A DNA stretch of 64,000 bases from an uncultured virus (IMG/VR IMGVR_UViG_3300020148_000031) (taxonomy: Duplodnaviria; Heunggongvirae; Uroviricota; Caudoviricetes), in the IMG/VR virus record IMGVR_UViG_3300020148_000031; one strand, given 5' to 3'. Shown here piece after piece: positions 49,006 through 59,096 of this stretch. How positions within the stretch are numbered: position 1 is the stretch's first letter; every line of letters starts with the position of its first letter. The notes under the pieces are model-generated. The model saw nothing but the letters and a program-made list of their open reading frames with translations. It was not told where the DNA came from and searched no databases. A program made the position numbers and the translations under genes.

Positions 49006-49944
49006 CTAACCACTAATAATTCTTGTAAGATTCTGCTTAGCGTATGCTAATTGATCTTTAACTGAATTAATTTTATCTTTTTCTAAACCTAAATCAAGTC
49101 TGTCAAGACCATCAACAAAGAAGTTGATAAGAGGTAAATATTTTGCAGCTTGTCTTCTAATTCTAGTTTCATTTTCGGGAGTAATCTTCATATGATGTAA
49201 CCCAGCAGCATTATCAATGAAATCACTAAGTTTAGTCAAGAATGGCTTTGGGGAGTCTTTAAGATTCTTAGTAACATGATCAAAATAAATCTTTCGTTTT
49301 TGCTCTGGAGTAAGTTCTGTAGAAACAGAAATAGGGATATGTTCATTAGTGACCGCCATTACGATTGAAAGAACTTCGCTTCCATATGTATTTTTAATGT
49401 ATCTCTTTAAGAGTTCTCTTGATTGATTCTCATCTAAATTATTCTTAGTAGAGTATTTAGCAAAGCGTTGAGATCCATCTTCAACAGTATCATGAAGTAT
49501 CGTTGCAATGATAGTGTTTTGATCTTTTACTCCAAGACGAATAAGTCTTAATGCGTTTCGTAATGGGTGCTCAATATAAGGAGTCTTATCATACTTGTCT
49601 CTACCTAATCTTGTTTGATGTGCATGGAGAAGACTCGCAAGTTCCATAGCGGAGTCAATCGTTTCAAGGTCAAAGTTTAGCTTTTTTGCTTCATGTCTTA
49701 AAGTTTGACTTAATTGAGCACTATCGAGTTCTTTAAGAGGAACTCGAGACATTACAGTCGCTGAAAAATCTATTTTAGGGGTAGTGATAAGGGTAGTAAA
49801 TAACTCTGCACTCATATAAGACTCGTAAGTCTTCATGGCTTCCTCTTTAGTTTCACCATGAATAAATGGACAATTTTTAATTTTCGCTTTACAAATTCCA
49901 TATTCACCAGTTCTTGGATTGATATGATAAAGAGTTTTGCTCAT
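49006..49944 (-). CDS. HCCH-leader protein with HD domain (Mesh1/SpoT-hydrolase-like)
   Basis: Leader YHINPRTGEYGICKAKIKNCPFIHG; AS..HAHQTR, PYIEHP, LHDTVED and KLSDFIDN motifs. Confidence 0.85.
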   Translation of the reverse strand: MSKTLYHINPRTGEYGICKAKIKNCPFIHGETKEEAMKTYESYMSAELFTTLITTPKIDFSATVMSRVPLKELDSAQLSQTLRHEAKKLNFDLETIDSAMELASLLHAHQTRLGRDKYDKTPYIEHPLRNALRLIRLGVKDQNTIIATILHDTVEDGSQRFAKYSTKNNLDENQSRELLKRYIKNTYGSEVLSIVMAVTNEHIPISVSTELTPEQKRKIYFDHVTKNLKDSPKPFLTKLSDFIDNAAGLHHMKITPENETRIRRQAAKYLPLINFFVDGLDRLDLGLEKDKINSVKDQLAYAKQNLTRIISG

Positions 49945-50071
49945 CGCGTTCTCCCTTATAAATTTTATTATCTTTCTAAACTGTGGTAACTGTTTACCTA
50001 GTAAAAATGTTTTATAGCTGTGTATCTCATCAAAAACAGATTTTACGAAGGTCTTTCATCGAAAACAGAAA

Positions 50072-50117
50072 AAGTATCAGCTATAGTAACAATATAACGT
50101 TACTATAGCTGATACTT
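50072..50117. terminator. Long hairpin downstream of IF3-C gene
   Basis: Perfect 19-bp stem aagtatcagctatagtaac / gttactatagctgatactt; T-tract follows on the minus strand. Confidence 0.7.
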
Positions 50118-50158
50118 ATAGATCTGTTAGTGAGATAGTAGATCTTCAGTGGTCTACC

Positions 50159-50410
50159 TTATTTAGGGTTTAATGTCAGACCAAGATTAGTAACTGACGC
50201 TTCTTTAGCAAGTTTACCATAATCCTGTAAATACTGATTATAAACGTCATTCAAAAACTCAACAGCGCGCTCAGGGTGACCTTTTTGACGACCCTTTAAA
50301 GTGACAACAACTCGAACTTGTTGTCTTTTAGTAAGAAACTCTTGAGCTTGTTTCATTTTACGCTCAAGATCAGCCTTTCCAATTTGTAACGTACATTGTA
50401 TAGTTTTAAT
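50159..50410 (-). CDS. infC: Translation initiation factor IF3, C-terminal domain only, ATT start
   Basis: IKTIQCTLQIGKADLERKMKQAQEFL...VRVVVTLKGRQKGHPE; SD AAGGGGAG 5 nt before ATT at 50410. Confidence 0.75.
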   Translation of the reverse strand: MKTIQCTLQIGKADLERKMKQAQEFLTKRQQVRVVVTLKGRQKGHPERAVEFLNDVYNQYLQDYGKLAKEASVTNLGLTLNPK

Positions 50411-50508
50411 GATAACTCCCCTTAATAGAAATTATTAATTTATAAAGATATTCTACCAACAAAGAACACCTTTCTTTCAGTTTAAGCAAAAATGTATCTC
50501 TCTATAAA

Positions 50509-51291
50509 TCAATTAAAGTTTACTGTAGAATACCAAGTCGTCCCATCAGAGGTTTGCGCCATTCCAGCTCCCATACTTTTATAATTAGGGTAAAGAATAT
50601 TCATACAATGTCCGTAAGATTTCATCCACTGTTCGGTTGCGGTTGCTGCAGCTGACGCTTGAGATAAACCGGCACTTGAATATGAAAATGCTACATTCTC
50701 TCCACCAGGAGGATTAGGGTTGTGAGACATTCCATCACCTGGAGTTGGGGTTGCTTCATCAGCCGCTACTTGTTGTTGTGCCCACCAAATGGCAGTTGAT
50801 TCCAAACTAGAATTCCACGTAAGTTGAGAAAGACCAAATTTGGCTCTTTCAGCATTAGTAGCAGTGAGATAATCTTGCGCATTAGAGGCCGAGGCGATAG
50901 CAGTTGGAGAAGTTGAGCAATATTCTTGAACTTGTTGTGAAATTGTTTTAGTTGGAGCTGCTGGTGGAGTAGTTTGAGTAGATGTTGATGCTGGAGGTGT
51001 AGTTTGAGTAGAATTATTAGAGTTATTAGAAGAATTATTTGTACTAGAGTTATTGTTAGTTGGTGCTTCTGAAGTTTCCGGAGTAGGAGGAACTGAGGCC
51101 TCTGGAGTAATGCTTGCTTCCGGGCTTTCAGTGATAATAGCTGAAGGTGACGGGTTTTCCGAGGGAGCTATTATTTGGGTTTTCTCTACTACAGGATCGA
51201 AAGTAATAGTAGACCCTATTTTAGAATCCGATGTTGCACATGAAACTAACAATAAACTAGCAACAATTGTGGGTATAAAAATCTTTTTCAC
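50509..51291 (-). CDS. CAP/SCP-domain lipoprotein
   Basis: Lipobox LLVSC, Pro/Thr/Asn linker, and TNAERA, MSH, GENVA and WMKSYGHCMNIL motifs. Confidence 0.85.
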   Translation of the reverse strand: MKKIFIPTIVASLLLVSCATSDSKIGSTITFDPVVEKTQIIAPSENPSPSAIITESPEASITPEASVPPTPETSEAPTNNNSSTNNSSNNSNNSTQTTPPASTSTQTTPPAAPTKTISQQVQEYCSTSPTAIASASNAQDYLTATNAERAKFGLSQLTWNSSLESTAIWWAQQQVAADEATPTPGDGMSHNPNPPGGENVAFSYSSAGLSQASAAATATEQWMKSYGHCMNILYPNYKSMGAGMAQTSDGTTWYSTVNFN

Positions 51292-51392
51292 AAGAAAACT
51301 CCCTAATATAAAAATATCTAATCAAATATCAGTAAATTTAAAGGAGAGTTTTAAGAAGATTAAGGAGCTCTTCGTTTATTTTTCTTTCATTG

Positions 51393-51632
51393 TTAAACCT
51401 TACAAGAGTAAAATTGTTCAAATGAGAATGTGCGTTTTCCGCATTTTGGACAACCTTGACCGCTTAAGTGTTTAGAGACATTTTGCATAAACAATCCATG
51501 TTTTTTACATTCTATCTCTATCTTTTCTCTTTTAGAGCTATACGTCTTTTTAGGGTGAGAATATTTATTCTGATGAACTTTTTGAGCTTCTTTTACAAAA
51601 ATGCTATAAAGGTTATCCTTAGAATCTATCAT
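51393..51632 (-). pseudogene. Zinc-ribbon fragment of homing-endonuclease-type gene
   Basis: F...A..VH..KY, IECKKHG.F.Q....HLSGQGCPKC; no nuclease domain follows. Confidence 0.5.
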
Positions 51633-51690
51633 AATGTGTGAATACCTTGATGATAGAAAACTTTATCTTCTATCTTCAATGTATTTTATT

Positions 51691-52242
51691 TTAGATTTCT
51701 TGATTGAAAAGCTCTAAAAGGTGTAACAATGCCTCCCTATTACCGAGACTATCGTTGACAGGGTTATGATCGTGTGGTGTAATTCTCCACTGCTTCCACT
51801 TTGTAGCATTCCGCCAGCTACCTTGACCAGACCCCATCATTGCACCGGCATAAATGTCACCAATGCGTCGTCCAGAATGCCCAAATGGGTTCTGAATTCC
51901 TACGCTGTCAAAATAGAAAGAAATCCATTGGAAGTCATATGCGGGGTTGTCACTGACAAAAACAGGGCGCGCGTCAAAAGACTTGATCCAACTTGAAAAA
52001 GCTTGCATTACGCTATGTCGATTATACTCAACAGCACCCTCCGCAATAATAGAAACTGCGGGATTAGATGGGTCAGGAGTTGCATCATAAAGAACTCCGT
52101 GAAAAGACTTACCGGTCTTCACCTCGACTGCTCCAAATTCGGTCATTAAGCCGGTAGCAGGCGATGGCCCTCTTGATGCCTCAACATCAACAATAATCAT
52201 TATAGTATTCATGTAAATAATTTTAACAAGAATAAAATGCAC
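51691..52242 (-). CDS. DEDDh 3'-5' exonuclease
   Basis: VDVEA, SDNPAYD, NPFGHS and HDHNPVND motifs. Confidence 0.75.
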   Translation of the reverse strand: MHFILVKIIYMNTIMIIVDVEASRGPSPATGLMTEFGAVEVKTGKSFHGVLYDATPDPSNPAVSIIAEGAVEYNRHSVMQAFSSWIKSFDARPVFVSDNPAYDFQWISFYFDSVGIQNPFGHSGRRIGDIYAGAMMGSGQGSWRNATKWKQWRITPHDHNPVNDSLGNREALLHLLELFNQEI

Positions 52243-52267
52243 TTCTTCTTCCTCATAAGGATACCTA

Positions 52268-52307
52268 CCAGCAAGGGCTCTACAGGTGTATGTAGAGCCC
52301 TTGCTGG
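52268..52307. terminator. Hairpin after ftsH
   Basis: 17-bp stem ccagcaagggctctaca / tgtagagcccttgctgg. Confidence 0.7.
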
Positions 52308-52352
52308 ATTATAGTGATAAATTTTATTATTTTTATAAAATTTATTTCTAAA

Positions 52353-54149
52353 TTATTTTTTGAAAACTTTTACTTTCTTTAATATCTCTTGTAATTCTTC
52401 ACCATCGAGGGTTTCTGATGAAAGTAAAGAATCCTTAAGAAGTTCTAAAACCTTATTATTTTCTCGAAGAATAGTGATCGCTTTTTGAAGAGCATCGCTT
52501 ATAAGGGTCTCGACTTCAGAATATACTTTTTCTGAAACGTTCGTTCCAAGCTCGAGAGCTTTCTTGTCGAGATAGTATAATTGAGATCCCATTCCGTAAT
52601 ATGTAATAGCTTCTATTGCAAGAGACGTTGCAGCCTTTATATCTCCACCCGCTCCTTGAGTGAACCCATCTTTACCGTATTTAATAATTTCTGCGGCACG
52701 ACCACCCATACTCGCAGCTAATTGCGCTTGGAATTCATTTTTAGTAAAGTAATTATTTTCGCTATTATCAAAACGTGTGTGACCTCCAGATTGACCACGT
52801 GGAATGATAGTGACGTATGATGGTTTCATGGCAGACTCAATCGCTTGAGCAACGATAGCGTGGCCTGCTTCATGATAAGCGGTAACTGATTTATCATAAT
52901 CAGTCATGACGGCTGACTTCCGCTCTTTACCAACATGAAGAGTCACTGCAGATTCAATAAGATCTCTTTCTTCAACAATTTCAGCATTTCTTTTTGTTGC
53001 AATAAGACAGGCCTCATCGACTATGAGAGATAATTGAGCTCCACTGAATCCAATAGTTTGCTTTGATACTCTATCCCAGTTAATATCTTGGCTGAAGGGA
53101 CGGTTTTTAGAGTGAATTTTTAGAATTTCAGCGCGCCCTTTACTATCAGGAAGAGGGACATTGACTACTTTGTGAAGCCTTCTTGATAGAGCTGGGTCGA
53201 GTGATTCTGGAAGGTTAGTGGCACCAATAACAATAATGTCATTCTTTTCAAATCCATCAATTTCTGTAAGAAGAGTAGTAAGAGTAGAGTCCATTTCTCT
53301 AGTTACAGCGTCAGCGCGCCCTTGATTTCTTTGTCTACCGATAGCGTCAATTTCATCAATAAAAATAACGGCTTTCCCTGATTTCTTTGCTTTTTTAAAG
53401 AGCTCTCGAACTCTCTTTGGTCCGACTCCAGCAAACATCTCAACGAAGTCAGCTCCAGTTGTTTGGAAGAATGGAACATTAGCTTCTCCCGCAATAGCTC
53501 TAGCAAGAAGTGTTTTACCTGTTCCTGGAGGTCCAACTAAAAGAACCCCACTCGGCGGTTTAGCTGTTAAACGCTTGTAAGGTTCTGGGTTCTGAAGGTA
53601 ATCAACAATTTCTTTCATATCTTCAACAGCTTCATCAACACCAGCAACATCTTTAAGTCTTGTTTTTGGGCGTTCAAGAACAGTTTGTTCTTTCTTAAGG
53701 TTACCGAGCCCGCCCATGATGAATAGAAGGAAAACAACAATAATGATTACTGGAGCAATTGCTAGTATAAGATTGGAAATGAAACTAGGAGTCTCTATTG
53801 GGTTAATTTTTGTTTTAACATCAGAATTCTCAAGAGTATCAATAAGTTTTTCTTCATAACCTTTAATGTAAACACTCGAGTATTCTTTACCGTCAACATC
53901 CTTAAAAGAGAGTGTGTACGAACTTTGATCAATAGTTACTTCTTCTACTTTATCAGAAGTGATGATTTCTATTGCTTCAGTATAATCGACTTTTTCTATT
54001 TCTGGAGCGGTAAACCTCATCACAAGGAGAGTAGAAATAGCGATTAAACCTACTATTAATATGAGAGAAAGTCTTTTATTTCTGTTTGTTTTTAAATCTT
54101 TAAAGAATTTGCCGAAGGCTTTTTTGAAAGAATTCAATGGAATAACCAT
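52353..54149 (-). CDS. ftsH: ATP-dependent zinc metalloprotease FtsH
   Basis: Two TM segments, [18 protein letters not shown] and HEAGH motifs. Confidence 0.95.
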   Translation of the reverse strand: MVIPLNSFKKAFGKFFKDLKTNRNKRLSLILIVGLIAISTLLVMRFTAPEIEKVDYTEAIEIITSDKVEEVTIDQSSYTLSFKDVDGKEYSSVYIKGYEEKLIDTLENSDVKTKINPIETPSFISNLILAIAPVIIIVVFLLFIMGGLGNLKKEQTVLERPKTRLKDVAGVDEAVEDMKEIVDYLQNPEPYKRLTAKPPSGVLLVGPPGTGKTLLARAIAGEANVPFFQTTGADFVEMFAGVGPKRVRELFKKAKKSGKAVIFIDEIDAIGRQRNQGRADAVTREMDSTLTTLLTEIDGFEKNDIIVIGATNLPESLDPALSRRLHKVVNVPLPDSKGRAEILKIHSKNRPFSQDINWDRVSKQTIGFSGAQLSLIVDEACLIATKRNAEIVEERDLIESAVTLHVGKERKSAVMTDYDKSVTAYHEAGHAIVAQAIESAMKPSYVTIIPRGQSGGHTRFDNSENNYFTKNEFQAQLAASMGGRAAEIIKYGKDGFTQGAGGDIKAATSLAIEAITYYGMGSQLYYLDKKALELGTNVSEKVYSEVETLISDALQKAITILRENNKVLELLKDSLLSSETLDGEELQEILKKVKVFKK

Positions 54150-54195
54150 CCTTTAGTATTTTGATACACATGAATTTTATCAAACTTTCGACTTT

Positions 54196-55167
54196 TTATT
54201 TACCTTCTTTTATCCTTCTTCTCATCGCATAGTGTACGTCTCGATCAACCTCCACTTTAAGAGCATTCTTAACATCAATTAGAGGTGTATTGGGATTTCC
54301 TGCCGCTCTGAAACGAATTCTTGCATCGTTAGACTTTAATAATATTTTTAAATCTTCAGGTTTAGCATTCTCATTATAAGCATAGCCCATTTTGTTTTCG
54401 CTTGAGCCGCTAGTCATAATCCACTTTTTATTTTTATCAGTGAGATTAGGGTTTTCACCAGCGGCAAGAGGTATAGGAGAGGAACTATGATTAAGTAAAG
54501 AAAATTGTTGTGAATCATTTGTCACTACTTTAGCTAGTTCGTAATGGGCACTGTGTGATTTTTCAGACTTTAAAATATCATCAATCTGATTTTTTAAAAG
54601 ATTGTTCCCAATATGAAGAACAATGAGATGGTTCATTTTTGGATCTTGAGAATCTATAATAGAATCTAACACTCGATTTCCCTCTAAAGCTTTAATTAGA
54701 ATAGCTTTTTCTTTAAGGTCAGAATGAAGCACGGAAGCGATTTGCCCAATTGACATTCCATCTGGATTCTTTAATTGTTTTTCAAAATTCTCTTGATTAA
54801 TAAGTTGAGGGAGAGTTTCGCTCATGTATTCTTTGAATTCTTTATGTTTTATCAAAGCAGAATAATATTCACTAGAACGAGAGACAGTATCTGTTCTGTT
54901 AGCTAAACTAGCAAACTGTTTCGAAGTAAGTGATCCATTTCTAAGGGGGAACAAAGGGTCTCCTCCAAAGCGATCTAGATCAAGATTGTTGTCAACAATT
55001 GATTTGAACGTATCAGAGTAATCATTTTCTAGTTTTTTAGAGTTTTTAAAATTAGCTTCTTCTAAAGAAACAGCGTCGATGTGTTGTTCTTCAGAAGCAA
55101 AAGGACATTTTCCTTTAACTGCTTTACATTTACTTACGACCCCGTTATTGTCAACATGAAATTTCAT
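54196..55167 (-). CDS. HCCH-leader protein with LRV/helical repeats
   Basis: MKFHVDNNGVVSKCKAVKGKCPFASEEQH leader; AGENPNL, AYNENAK and AAGNPNTP repeats. Confidence 0.8.
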   Translation of the reverse strand: MKFHVDNNGVVSKCKAVKGKCPFASEEQHIDAVSLEEANFKNSKKLENDYSDTFKSIVDNNLDLDRFGGDPLFPLRNGSLTSKQFASLANRTDTVSRSSEYYSALIKHKEFKEYMSETLPQLINQENFEKQLKNPDGMSIGQIASVLHSDLKEKAILIKALEGNRVLDSIIDSQDPKMNHLIVLHIGNNLLKNQIDDILKSEKSHSAHYELAKVVTNDSQQFSLLNHSSSPIPLAAGENPNLTDKNKKWIMTSGSSENKMGYAYNENAKPEDLKILLKSNDARIRFRAAGNPNTPLIDVKNALKVEVDRDVHYAMRRRIKEGK

Positions 55168-55280
55168 AAAATCCTCCAAAGTTAATACATTATTATCTAT
55201 ATAATACTAAACGCTTCTTCTATTTTTAACTTTTCTCGATACAAGTCAGCACATCGCAATTTATTTTCTCTTTTTTCAAT

Positions 55281-56425
55281 CTAAGAATATGGAGCATTAT
55301 TAAGTTTTAGTTGATCTATTTCATAATAGAGCTCTAAATAATTTTTCTTTATGGAGAAATATTTTCCCATTGATTGATTCCAAGGGTTTCTCATGGAAGA
55401 CATAATCGGAGCTGGTAAATCTTTCATTTTTTCAAATTCTATTTTGTCTTTAGAGCTCATTTTATAATTAAAAGGTTTTTGTACTGTTATTGAAAGTTTA
55501 GACTCAAGTTCAGAATTTCTTTCTTCTTTCTCGCGAAGACTGTTTAATATATCTTGAGAATTAAGATTGTTTAAATATGGATAATACTCTTTTATATCTT
55601 TAATTGTTATATTTTTATTCTCTAAAAAATGATGTGTTGCTAGAGGTGAGAGTGTTCCAGATTTTAAATTTTCTATCTCTGTATTAATAAGACTTAAGGC
55701 TGTCAATCTGTCAGAATAGCTCACTAATTGCCCTTTAGAAAAAATACTTTTCTTTATGTAGTTGCTAGTGTTTCTCTCGTTACATTTTGTTAAGAATACT
55801 TTATGAAATTCATTAGTGACTGAGTTGAAATCTCTATTAAGAGAGTAATCATAAATAAGCGCAGGAGCTTTATTTAACACTTCCCTTGCTATCTCTTCAG
55901 TTGTAAGAGGATGCAGGGCTAGAGAGTGAAGAGAATAATGTGAGTCCGAATCCTTTTCCATATGATAGAAATGATTAAAGAATTCTTGGTCATTAATTTT
56001 TGCAAATAATTCTGGTATATCTTGTTTTTTAATCTTAGTAAAGATTGGTATCGCATTTCTAAAGGAAGTTCTATATCTTTAGAAAATTCGAAGAATAGTT
56101 TCCCTTCTATTGTATAAGGAGTTTCGGGGAAAGAGCTTTGAGTAATCTTCAAAAACTCCTGAACATAAAGTTCTTTCGGATTGAGATTATTATAAATGTA
56201 TTCAATATACAATTCAGAGTATTTTCCCTCTTCAATAAGGGATCTATGAAACGAATCCTTGCTAAAGCTAGATATCTCTGAATGAAAATCTTTCATTATT
56301 TTCTCATAAGCAGTTTGTGCTTCTTCTTTCGAATGATAGTGATTTTCAATCCCTCCGAAGGGACATGGTCCTTTGCTTGCTTTGCAGGGTGCTATAACAC
56401 CCGAGCTATTGACATGATATGGCAC
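55281..56425 (-). pseudogene. HCCH-leader gene split by a -1 frameshift (ORFs 55919-56425 and 55281-55961); paralogue of 57213-58484
   Basis: Leader YHVNSSGVIAPCKASKGPCPFGGIENHY; in-frame A AAA AAC at 56024-56030; the downstream frame aligns with the 57213 protein. Confidence 0.7.
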
Positions 56426-56542
56426 CCGAACTACATTAATGTAATAAGTTTATTATCTAAACAATTTCTTTATCAAGAAATAATAACGAGGTGAGAAATA
56501 AAACTTTTTAGATAAGAAACAAAGTTTTGATAAGGAGAGAAA

Positions 56543-57151
56543 ATGCCTAAGTATCATTTAAATAAATATGGAGAACCAGCCCGTTGTGAAGCTGTAAAAA
56601 TAGCGTGTCCATTAGGTGGAGCAGATGCCCATTTTGATGGAGATTTTAAAGACTCTATTGTTTGGGCCGAAAAAAAGAATGCGGAAAATCTAGCATTAAA
56701 AACTGTTCCGCAAGCAATAACTAATGACTCTATACAACATTCTGACTCTTGGTATGAGGATAAAGAAAGGATACAAGACGCATTGAAGATATTTCAACAC
56801 AATATGAAAACATCTAAAATTAAAAAGCCAGAAAAACATTATTCAACTAATGCTGGTAAACTTAATATTACTAATTATGATGGTTCTGGTGCAAACTATA
56901 TCACTCCAGGTGAGGATAGTTTTGTTGTTCTTACTTACCCTGACGGAAAAGGAGCCCGCGTAATTTCAAGCTATGGAGAGTTTTATCAAGACCCACAGTC
57001 CGCTATAGGAAAATACGTTGTCCAATACAAACAATATTCTGGAAACAATGACGTGCAAAAAGATTTAGTGGTTGTTGGGTACATGTCGCGGGACGGGAAA
57101 AGATATGGATATATTCCTAATCGTCAAGTTGCTTTCTTTGTTTATAAGTAA
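56543..57151 (+). CDS. HCCH-leader protein, unknown cargo
   Basis: MPKYHLNKYGEPARCEAVKIACPLGGADAHF leader. Confidence 0.8.
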   Translation: MPKYHLNKYGEPARCEAVKIACPLGGADAHFDGDFKDSIVWAEKKNAENLALKTVPQAITNDSIQHSDSWYEDKERIQDALKIFQHNMKTSKIKKPEKHYSTNAGKLNITNYDGSGANYITPGEDSFVVLTYPDGKGARVISSYGEFYQDPQSAIGKYVVQYKQYSGNNDVQKDLVVVGYMSRDGKRYGYIPNRQVAFFVYK

Positions 57152-57161
57152 TGTAAAATGA

Positions 57162-57208
57162 TACTATTAAGCCTCCATGACATATACAATCATGGAGGCT
57201 TAATAGTA
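57162..57208. terminator. Hairpin between convergent genes
   Basis: 19-bp stem tactattaagcctccatga / tcatggaggcttaatagta. Confidence 0.7.
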
Positions 57209-57212
57209 AGAG

Positions 57213-58484
57213 TTATATACTCAAGGCCTTTTGAATCAAAAGACTATCTCTATATTTCCTGCTTAGATCTAAAACAAGACTTATTTGATTTCTTCCAATA
57301 TCTCCATTATAGTTCTCTAAAGATTCAGTCATTTCTTTAGTAGAATATTTCTTACCTGTAAGATATGACCATCTATTATTAAAATCATAAGGGTTTTCAG
57401 GGGTTCTTTGTTTCATCAACCTGTTATATTCTTGTTCTTCTTTTTCAGTGAGACCTTCAGTTTCATAAGGTGTAGGAATTCTTGGATTCAAAATAGTCTT
57501 TACTTTTTGAGGGACTGCTTTATCATTTTTTAATTTGTTGTATAAAACACCTTTAGAGTGCACTTGGATTCTTTCTTTGTTCTCTTTTAAATCAGAATAT
57601 GTCATGTTTTCGTTAACGACTAAATTAGTTGAATCTTCATATTCCCATAATCTATCATCTCTCGTATTCTTCTTTACAAGATTTAATGCGAAATCTTTAT
57701 CTGAGTAGCGAATAGAAATATGTCTAATTTCTCTAATAGAATTATTACTAACAAGAGGACTTATAGATTGAGGATCTTCCGTGTATCGTTTCATAAATCT
57801 AGTGCTGTATTCCTTTAATAATTCTTTATTTTTACCTGGATTTGCCCATTCATATTCTTCAATTAGAGAAGGGTCATTATCGAGTATTTGTCGAGTGATT
57901 TTTTCGGGAGTAGAGCTATTTTCTAATAAAACTTTTTCTAATGAACGATATTGATGGTATTTATCGTAAATTCTCTCAATAGCATCTTCACTTTTTATAT
58001 ATTGAGCAACACTCAAAAGATTAGTTAATTCGAGGTTTTTGATAATTTCATCTTTAACTTTCCCAGAAATATCGTCTCTTTCAAGTAAATATTCCTGTGC
58101 GTCAATTTGTGAATATCTAGCTTCAGAAAAGGAGTCTTTATTTACTGGAGCTGTCACAATTGCAAACATTTCATCTATTTCTTCAGAAGTAAAGTTTCTC
58201 AAATATACAGAAAGACCAGAATCACCATTATCTTCTTTTTCCCATTGTGAGGCTAAATTATCTTTTAATGCTTGATGTTCTCTTAACGCTTGATGCTCTC
58301 TTTCAGCATTATCTTTATTGATTTTTTCAAAGATTCTTTTTTCGGGTCGCATTTGGACTTCATATGCTAATCTAGCGTCATGTTCGTCCTCATAATGATC
58401 ATCGGCACCCCCGAAAGGGCAATGGCCTTTAGTGGCTGAACATTTACCTGGTTCGCCTTTAGCATTAATATGATAAATTGCCAT
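57213..58484 (-). CDS. HCCH-leader protein, helical cargo
   Basis: MAIYHINAKGEPGKCSATKGHCPFGGADDHY leader. Confidence 0.8.
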   Translation of the reverse strand: MAIYHINAKGEPGKCSATKGHCPFGGADDHYEDEHDARLAYEVQMRPEKRIFEKINKDNAEREHQALREHQALKDNLASQWEKEDNGDSGLSVYLRNFTSEEIDEMFAIVTAPVNKDSFSEARYSQIDAQEYLLERDDISGKVKDEIIKNLELTNLLSVAQYIKSEDAIERIYDKYHQYRSLEKVLLENSSTPEKITRQILDNDPSLIEEYEWANPGKNKELLKEYSTRFMKRYTEDPQSISPLVSNNSIREIRHISIRYSDKDFALNLVKKNTRDDRLWEYEDSTNLVVNENMTYSDLKENKERIQVHSKGVLYNKLKNDKAVPQKVKTILNPRIPTPYETEGLTEKEEQEYNRLMKQRTPENPYDFNNRWSYLTGKKYSTKEMTESLENYNGDIGRNQISLVLDLSRKYRDSLLIQKALSI

Positions 58485-59043
58485 AATTTTATCCTTTAAT
58501 TTTTATTTTGAAATTTAAAAATCACCTAGAAGCGTCCATTCTGGTTCATCATCTTCTGGTTCATTTCTCACTACTAAACACACGAAAGATTTGTTAACCT
58601 CTTCCTGGTCGATTACTTCTACAAGTTTAGAATCTTTATTTATATCGTATAGAGTCTTAGCTGAGAAAACCTCTCCAGAATATACATCAGAAATTTCTTT
58701 TATGTCAGGATCGAAATCAACACTAGTTGGTATTTTCGAGTCTTCTGAAATTGACCACATTTCCGGATTTTCTTGATCATCTGGGTACGCAACTATAACA
58801 TTAAAAGGTGTTTCTCTCTTAGGAAAATATAAAATTGCATATTCATCTGTTTTTATGACTGGTTGATATTTTTTAGAAGATCCAGTCCATTGATCGTAAA
58901 TTCTTATTGAAGTTGGCTTAGGAAAAGTTTCTTGTGAAGATTCAAAGGCAATAGCTGCTTCTTGAAAAGTATTAAAATGTTTCTCTGGACCCCCGAAAGG
59001 GCAATTACCTTTAGTGGCTGAACATTTACCTGGTTCGCCTTTA
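58407..59043. repeat. 55-bp near-identical direct repeat (58407-58461 and 58989-59043) encoding the leader core
   Basis: acccccgaaagggcaat[gg/ta]cctttagtggctgaacatttacctggttcgccttta; 53 of 55 bases identical. Confidence 0.9.
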
Positions 59044-59069
59044 TCGTTGATATGAAATTTTGTCATCAT
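58515..59069 (-). CDS. HCCH-leader protein; cargo paralogous to 60670-61164
   Basis: KFHINDKGEPGKCSATKGNCPFGGPEKHF leader; QPVI, IPTS.DF and LVEV.DQ shared with the 60670 protein. Confidence 0.8.
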   Translation of the reverse strand: MMTKFHINDKGEPGKCSATKGNCPFGGPEKHFNTFQEAAIAFESSQETFPKPTSIRIYDQWTGSSKKYQPVIKTDEYAILYFPKRETPFNVIVAYPDDQENPEMWSISEDSKIPTSVDFDPDIKEISDVYSGEVFSAKTLYDINKDSKLVEVIDQEEVNKSFVCLVVRNEPEDDEPEWTLLGDF

Positions 59070-59096
59070 AAACCTCCGATAATTTTTCTAAAAAGA

